Program-made: the position numbers and the translations under genes
Notes under the pieces: generated by a model
The model's database searches: none
What the model was told of the DNA's origin: nothing
What the model saw: the letters and a program-made list of their open reading frames with translations, nothing else
Part shown: positions 8,679 to 12,768 of the stretch, in pieces
Position numbering within the stretch: the first letter of the stretch is position 1
Layout: each line of letters opens with the position of its first letter
Origin: Myxococcota bacterium
GTDB taxonomy: Bacteria; Myxococcota; UBA4151
Direction of reading: 5' to 3'
Length of the DNA: 12,768 nt
NCBI GenBank assembly: GCA_036338695.1
Contig: JAYZBQ010000014.1
Coordinates: forward strand, 1-12,768

Positions 8679-11600
8679 ATGATGCGCCCAGTACTTCTGA
8701 CTGCAGTCCTCTTGTCGCTATCTTGCGGCGATCAAGTGATCGTTCGTGAGGTCGAGAATCAGTGCGGTAATGGATCGATTGAGGGTGACGAGGCGTGCGA
8801 TGACGGCAACGTCGTCAACGGCGACGGTTGCACCAACAGCTGCACGCTCGCGACCTGCGGCGATCAGGTCACCCGCGTGGATCGGGTGCTCGGTGACGAC
8901 GGTTTTGAAGAGTGTGACGACGGCAACAGCGAGGACAGCGACGGCTGCCTCTCGGACTGCACGCTTGCGCGCTGCGGCGATGGCGTCGTGCGACGAGACC
9001 GCTCCGAAGGGGATGAGGGCTACGAGCGTTGCGATGATGGGAACACGATCGATGACGACGCGTGTCTCACCAACTGCCTAGCCGCTGCCTGCGGTGATGG
9101 GATCGTCCGCACCGACTTGGCGGAGGGTGAGGAAGGCTATGAAGCCTGCGATGATGGCGATCGTGACCCCGCCAACAGCTGCAAGAACGACTGCACCCCG
9201 CAGGTCTGTGGGGACGGCGTGATCGGTCTGGGTGAGGGCTGCGATGACGGGAACGATGACCCGGACGACGACTGCGATGGCTGTCGCCCCAAAATTTGCG
9301 GTGACGGCGTCGTCGGCCCGGAAGAGCTCTGCGAGGACGGCAACGAGGTCGACACGGACGCGTGTACCAACCGATGCGCGCCGGGTGCGTGCGGCGATGG
9401 GATCGTGCGAACGGATGTCGACGATGAGGGAGAGCCCTTCGAGACCTGTGATGACGGCAACACCCTGGCGGGCGATGCCTGCACCGACTCATGCCGCGTT
9501 GCGCGTTGCGGCGATGGGGTCCTGCGTCGCGGGTTGCAGTGGGGCGCTGAGGGTTTTGAGGAGTGTGACGATGGCAACGAAGAGCCCGGCGACGGCTGCT
9601 CGGCGACCTGTCTTCGTGAGGCCTGTGGCAACGCCATCGTGGACCCGGGTGAGGCCTGCGACGACGGCAACCGGTCGGACCTTGATGCCTGCACCAACGC
9701 GTGTCAGGTCGCTGCGTGCGGGGACGGTTTCGTGCGTGAAGATCTTGCCGAAGACGCCGAGGGCTTTGAGCAGTGCGATGACGGCAACGCTTCGGAGAAC
9801 GACGAGTGCTTGACCTCCTGCCAGACGGCGCGCTGCGGCGACGGACAGGTCCACGATGGGGTCGAGGCTTGCGATGACGGCAACGGCGTCGATGCGGACG
9901 TGTGCACCAACGGCTGTGAGGTCGCACGCTGCGGCGACGGGATCCAGCGGCTTGACCTCGCCGAAGGGGCGCAAGGCTTCGAGGGCTGCGACGACGGCAA
10001 CGAGGACAACAGCGATGGATGCGTGGAAGGATGCGCCGTCGCACGCTGCGGCGACGGCTTCACTTTTGACGGCCGCGAGGAGTGCGATGACGCCAACGCC
10101 GACAACTCGGACGCCTGCGTCGAGGGCTGCCTTCGGGCGCGCTGCGGCGATGGGTTTCAACAGGACGGGCAAGAGGGTTGCGATGACGGCAACGCCGACA
10201 ACACGGACGCCTGTGTCGACGGGTGTCGTGTCGCTCGCTGCGGCGACGGGTTCACTCAACAAGGCGTTGAAGCCTGCGACGACGCCAACGCCGACAACAC
10301 GGACGCCTGCGTTGAGAACTGCCGCTTAGCGTCCTGCGGCGATGGGTTTGTTCGGCGCGGCGAAGAGGCTTGCGATGACGGGAATCAGCTGAACTCGGAC
10401 GCCTGCTTGACGACCTGTGTCGTCGCGCGCTGCGGCGATGGCTTCGTGCAAGCGGGTCAAGAGGGCTGCGACGACGCGAATGAAGACAACACGGACGGGT
10501 GCGTCGAGGGCTGCCGTGTGGCGCGCTGCGGCGATGGCTTCTTGCAGGCTGGGCGCGAGGCTTGTGATGACGGCAACGAAGACAACTCCGACGCGTGCGT
10601 CGTGGGCTGCCGGGTCGCCCGCTGCGGCGACGGCTTTGTTCAGGCGGGTCGAGAGGCTTGCGATGACGCCAACGCTGACAACACGGACAGCTGCCTCAAC
10701 GTGTGTCAGGCGGCGCGCTGTGGGGACGGGTTCGTGCGAGCGGGCGAGGAGGCTTGCGATGACGGCAACGAGAGCAACCGGGACGCGTGCCTGAACACCT
10801 GCGCGGCGGCTCGCTGTGGCGACGGACATGTCCAGGAGGGCGTCGAGGCTTGCGATGACGCAAACAACGCAAACGACGACGCCTGCCTCACCAACTGCGT
10901 CGCCGCACGCTGCGGAGATGGTCACGTCCAGCGCGGTGTCGAGGGCTGCGACGACGCCAACAATGTTGACACGGACGCGTGCCTCAGCACCTGCGCGGTG
11001 GCGCGCTGCGGCGACGGTCATATTCAAGCAGGGGTTGAGGCGTGCGATGACGCCAACAACCTGAACACGGACGCCTGTCTCACCACCTGTCAACGTGCGC
11101 GCTGCGGTGATGGTCATGTTCAAGCCGGTGTGGAAGCCTGCGATGACGCCAACAACAGCAACGCCGACGCCTGCCTGACGAACTGTTCAGCAGCTCGCTG
11201 CGGCGATGGTCATGTTCAAGCCGGGGTTGAAGCCTGCGATGACGCGAACAACAGCAACGCCGACGCGTGCCTCACCAACTGCACCGCTGCGCGCTGCGGT
11301 GACGGGCATGTTCGGGCGGGCGTAGAAGCGTGCGACGATGGGAACAACTCGCAGACGGATGGTTGCCTGACCAACTGCACGGCGGCGCGCTGCGGCGACG
11401 GTCACGTTCAAGCGGGGGTGGAAGCCTGCGACGACGCGAACAACAGCAACCCCGACGCGTGCCTGACGAATTGCAGAGCCGCTCGCTGCGGTGATGGTCA
11501 CGTGCAAGCGGGGGTTGAAGCTTGTGATGACGCCAACAACAACAACGGCGACGCGTGCCTAACGAACTGCTCGGCGGCTCGCTGCGGTGATGGACATGTC

Positions 11601-12179
11601 CGGGCTGGCGTCGAAGCGTGCGACGACGGCAACAACTCGCAGACGGATGGTTGCCTCACCAACTGCACGGCGGCTCGCTGTGGTGATGGGCATGTCCGAG
11701 CAGGGGTCGAGGCTTGTGACGACGCCAACAACAGCAACACGGACGCGTGCCTGACGAACTGCGCGGCGGCGCGGTGCGGTGATGGGCATGTCCGGGCTGG
11801 TGTTGAGGAGTGCGACGATGGCAACAACAACGACAACGACCTGTGCCGCAACAACTGCACATCCGGTCGTAACGGCGACTTAGGCAGCATCGCCTTCTGC
11901 GGCTATGGAACGGCAAACGGTCGGCGTGTCGGGATCTACAACAGCCAGCTCAACCCGCTTCAGCGGCATTACGGTCACGCCAACTGGGACAGCTTCTGTC
12001 GCGCCAACGGTTGGGCGCGCTCGAACACGGGCTACGGCAATTGGAACCGGGACTGTGCGTGGGTGATGCAGAATTGGTCGAACTGGAACGTGGGTAACGG
12101 GGGCGGACCGCAGCGGAGCACGAGCTACCCACCGAATCGGCGGACCTCGACGCATATCTACATGACCTGTATTGAGTGA
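8679..12179 (+). CDS. Cys-rich repeat lipoprotein B, 1166 aa: signal peptide, 31 four-Cys repeats, 102-aa head domain; paralog of A
   Basis: AGGAAGG RBS-like run at 8664-8670 before ATGATG (8679/8682). N-terminus [16 protein letters not shown]16 (imperfect lipobox). Repeats run 8763-11870 and the head 11871-12179. Confidence 0.93.
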   Translation: MMRPVLLTAVLLSLSCGDQVIVREVENQCGNGSIEGDEACDDGNVVNGDGCTNSCTLATCGDQVTRVDRVLGDDGFEECDDGNSEDSDGCLSDCTLARCGDGVVRRDRSEGDEGYERCDDGNTIDDDACLTNCLAAACGDGIVRTDLAEGEEGYEACDDGDRDPANSCKNDCTPQVCGDGVIGLGEGCDDGNDDPDDDCDGCRPKICGDGVVGPEELCEDGNEVDTDACTNRCAPGACGDGIVRTDVDDEGEPFETCDDGNTLAGDACTDSCRVARCGDGVLRRGLQWGAEGFEECDDGNEEPGDGCSATCLREACGNAIVDPGEACDDGNRSDLDACTNACQVAACGDGFVREDLAEDAEGFEQCDDGNASENDECLTSCQTARCGDGQVHDGVEACDDGNGVDADVCTNGCEVARCGDGIQRLDLAEGAQGFEGCDDGNEDNSDGCVEGCAVARCGDGFTFDGREECDDANADNSDACVEGCLRARCGDGFQQDGQEGCDDGNADNTDACVDGCRVARCGDGFTQQGVEACDDANADNTDACVENCRLASCGDGFVRRGEEACDDGNQLNSDACLTTCVVARCGDGFVQAGQEGCDDANEDNTDGCVEGCRVARCGDGFLQAGREACDDGNEDNSDACVVGCRVARCGDGFVQAGREACDDANADNTDSCLNVCQAARCGDGFVRAGEEACDDGNESNRDACLNTCAAARCGDGHVQEGVEACDDANNANDDACLTNCVAARCGDGHVQRGVEGCDDANNVDTDACLSTCAVARCGDGHIQAGVEACDDANNLNTDACLTTCQRARCGDGHVQAGVEACDDANNSNADACLTNCSAARCGDGHVQAGVEACDDANNSNADACLTNCTAARCGDGHVRAGVEACDDGNNSQTDGCLTNCTAARCGDGHVQAGVEACDDANNSNPDACLTNCRAARCGDGHVQAGVEACDDANNNNGDACLTNCSAARCGDGHVRAGVEACDDGNNSQTDGCLTNCTAARCGDGHVRAGVEACDDANNSNTDACLTNCAAARCGDGHVRAGVEECDDGNNNDNDLCRNNCTSGRNGDLGSIAFCGYGTANGRRVGIYNSQLNPLQRHYGHANWDSFCRANGWARSNTGYGNWNRDCAWVMQNWSNWNVGNGGGPQRSTSYPPNRRTSTHIYMTCIE
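10047..11870 (+). repeat. 19 uniform 96-bp (32-aa) tandem coding repeats in lipoprotein B
   Basis: TGC/TGT-GG starts recur every 96 nt from 10047 (checked at 10815, 11295, 11583). Consensus is CGDG[FH]V[QR]AGVEACDD[AG]NxxNxDACLxxCxxAR. Confidence 0.95.
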
Positions 12180-12220
12180 GTCGACAAAGGCAGCGGGCTG
12201 CGCCTAGGACCAAGCGAACC

Positions 12221-12236
12221 TGGCGCAACGGTCGCA
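12221..12236 (+). promoter_or_regulatory. Candidate sigma-54 (-24/-12) promoter upstream of Cys-rich lipoprotein C
   Basis: (C)TGGCGCAACGGTCGCA versus consensus YTGGCACRNNNNTTGCW: exact GG-N10-GC spacing and 2 mismatches. It lies in the 116-bp intergenic gap about 60 nt before the ATG. Confidence 0.45.
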
Positions 12237-12284
12237 CGGCGCAGCGTGAAGGCTGACGCAGGCGCCTTTATGGCAGCCTGCCAT

Positions 12285-12290
12285 GAGGAG
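12285..12290 (+). promoter_or_regulatory. Shine-Dalgarno for lipoprotein C
   Basis: GAGGAG 5 nt upstream of ATG 12296. Confidence 0.8.
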
Positions 12291-12295
12291 TGAAG

Positions 12296-12768
12296 ATGCG
12301 AAATTTGGTGGTGTGTGCGATGCTTCTTGGGGTGGCTTGTTCGCCGCCTGCTACGGTCAGCGAAGGCCGCTGCGGGGACGGCCGGATCAGCGCCGGTGAG
12401 ACCTGCGATGACGGCAACGCGATCGACGAAGATGCGTGCACCAACGCCTGCCAAAACGCGACCTGCGGTGACGGCATCGTACGCGGCGATCTGGACCCAG
12501 GCGTGGTGGGCGCTGAAGGCTGCGATGACGGCAACGCCGAGGACAACGACGCCTGCCTGAGCTCGTGCCAGCCGGCGACCTGCGGCGACGGCATCCTGCG
12601 CACGGACTTGCTCGAGACCGATGAAGGCTATGAGGGCTGCGATGACGGCAACGACGAGCCCTGGGACGGCTGCACCAACGACTGCGTGGTGGTCGGCTGC
12701 GGTGACGGCGAGATTCAGCCCGAGATGGGCGAGGTCTGCGACGACGGCAACGAGGTCGACACCGACGC
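12296..12768 (+). CDS. Cys-rich repeat lipoprotein C (3'-truncated by window edge; absent from ORF track)
   Basis: Manual translation: MRNLVVCAMLLGVA-C15-[142 protein letters not shown]... There is no stop before the window end, and it has a strong RBS. Confidence 0.93.
   Translation, partial: MRNLVVCAMLLGVACSPPATVSEGRCGDGRISAGETCDDGNAIDEDACTNACQNATCGDGIVRGDLDPGVVGAEGCDDGNAEDNDACLSSCQPATCGDGILRTDLLETDEGYEGCDDGNDEPWDGCTNDCVVVGCGDGEIQPEMGEVCDDGNEVDTD

Noticed and set aside
10047..11870. Regular 96-bp periodicity as a CRISPR array or non-coding repeat
   Set aside because: The period is a multiple of 3, in frame, with wobble-position variation and no unique spacers. It is a protein repeat.
8316..12179. 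Duplicated 3' ends of A and B as a diversity-generating retroelement TR/VR pair
   Set aside because: Differences are spread over synonymous third positions (gtc/gtg, ggc/ggt, cgc/cgg, ccc/ccg) and are not adenine-specific. Both copies are intact coding ends and no reverse transcriptase is in the window. This looks like ordinary old paralog divergence.
12188..12205. Small GC hairpin after the stop of B as an intrinsic terminator
   Set aside because: The stem is short and imperfect with no following U-tract. No convincing terminator follows 6562 either.
12482..12490. RGD integrin-binding motif in lipoprotein C
   Set aside because: The same loop position reads RQD, RLD, RTD, RED, RVD and RRD in sister repeats, so RGD is an expected chance variant of RxD.
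181..12603. Many long antisense and alternate-frame ORFs (e.g. 4550-5539, 5807-6853, 9067-10044 on minus)
   Set aside because: They are shadows of high-GC codon usage and repeats, overlap well-supported genes, and have no recognisable motifs.

Overview
High-GC bacterial window, probably Myxococcota or a related deltaproteobacterium (inferred from the repeat family). All credible genes are on the + strand, in two blocks. Block 1 (<1-6562) is a tightly coupled catabolic operon: a truncated unknown ORF, an aldehyde dehydrogenase, an iron-containing alcohol dehydrogenase, a GlpT/UhpT-like (OPA family) MFS transporter and a GcvT-fused FAD amine dehydrogenase of the dimethylglycine/sarcosine dehydrogenase type. 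Together they suggest uptake and oxidation of a phosphorylated, possibly N-methylated amino-alcohol. Block 2 (6660->12768) is a tandem array of at least three predicted lipoproteins built from myxobacterial cysteine-rich repeats (CGDG...E.CDDGN...D.C...C). The first two are collinear paralogs. They share a 12-repeat base and a 102-aa C-terminal head domain that I do not recognise (81/102 identical, with a hypervariable patch), and differ by exactly 16 extra 32-aa repeats (654 vs 1166 aa), like the same tip on two stalk lengths. The third gene is missing from the ORF track because it runs off the window. Candidate sigma-54 promoters precede genes 1 and 3 of the array. I found no RNA genes, mobile elements or CRISPR arrays.
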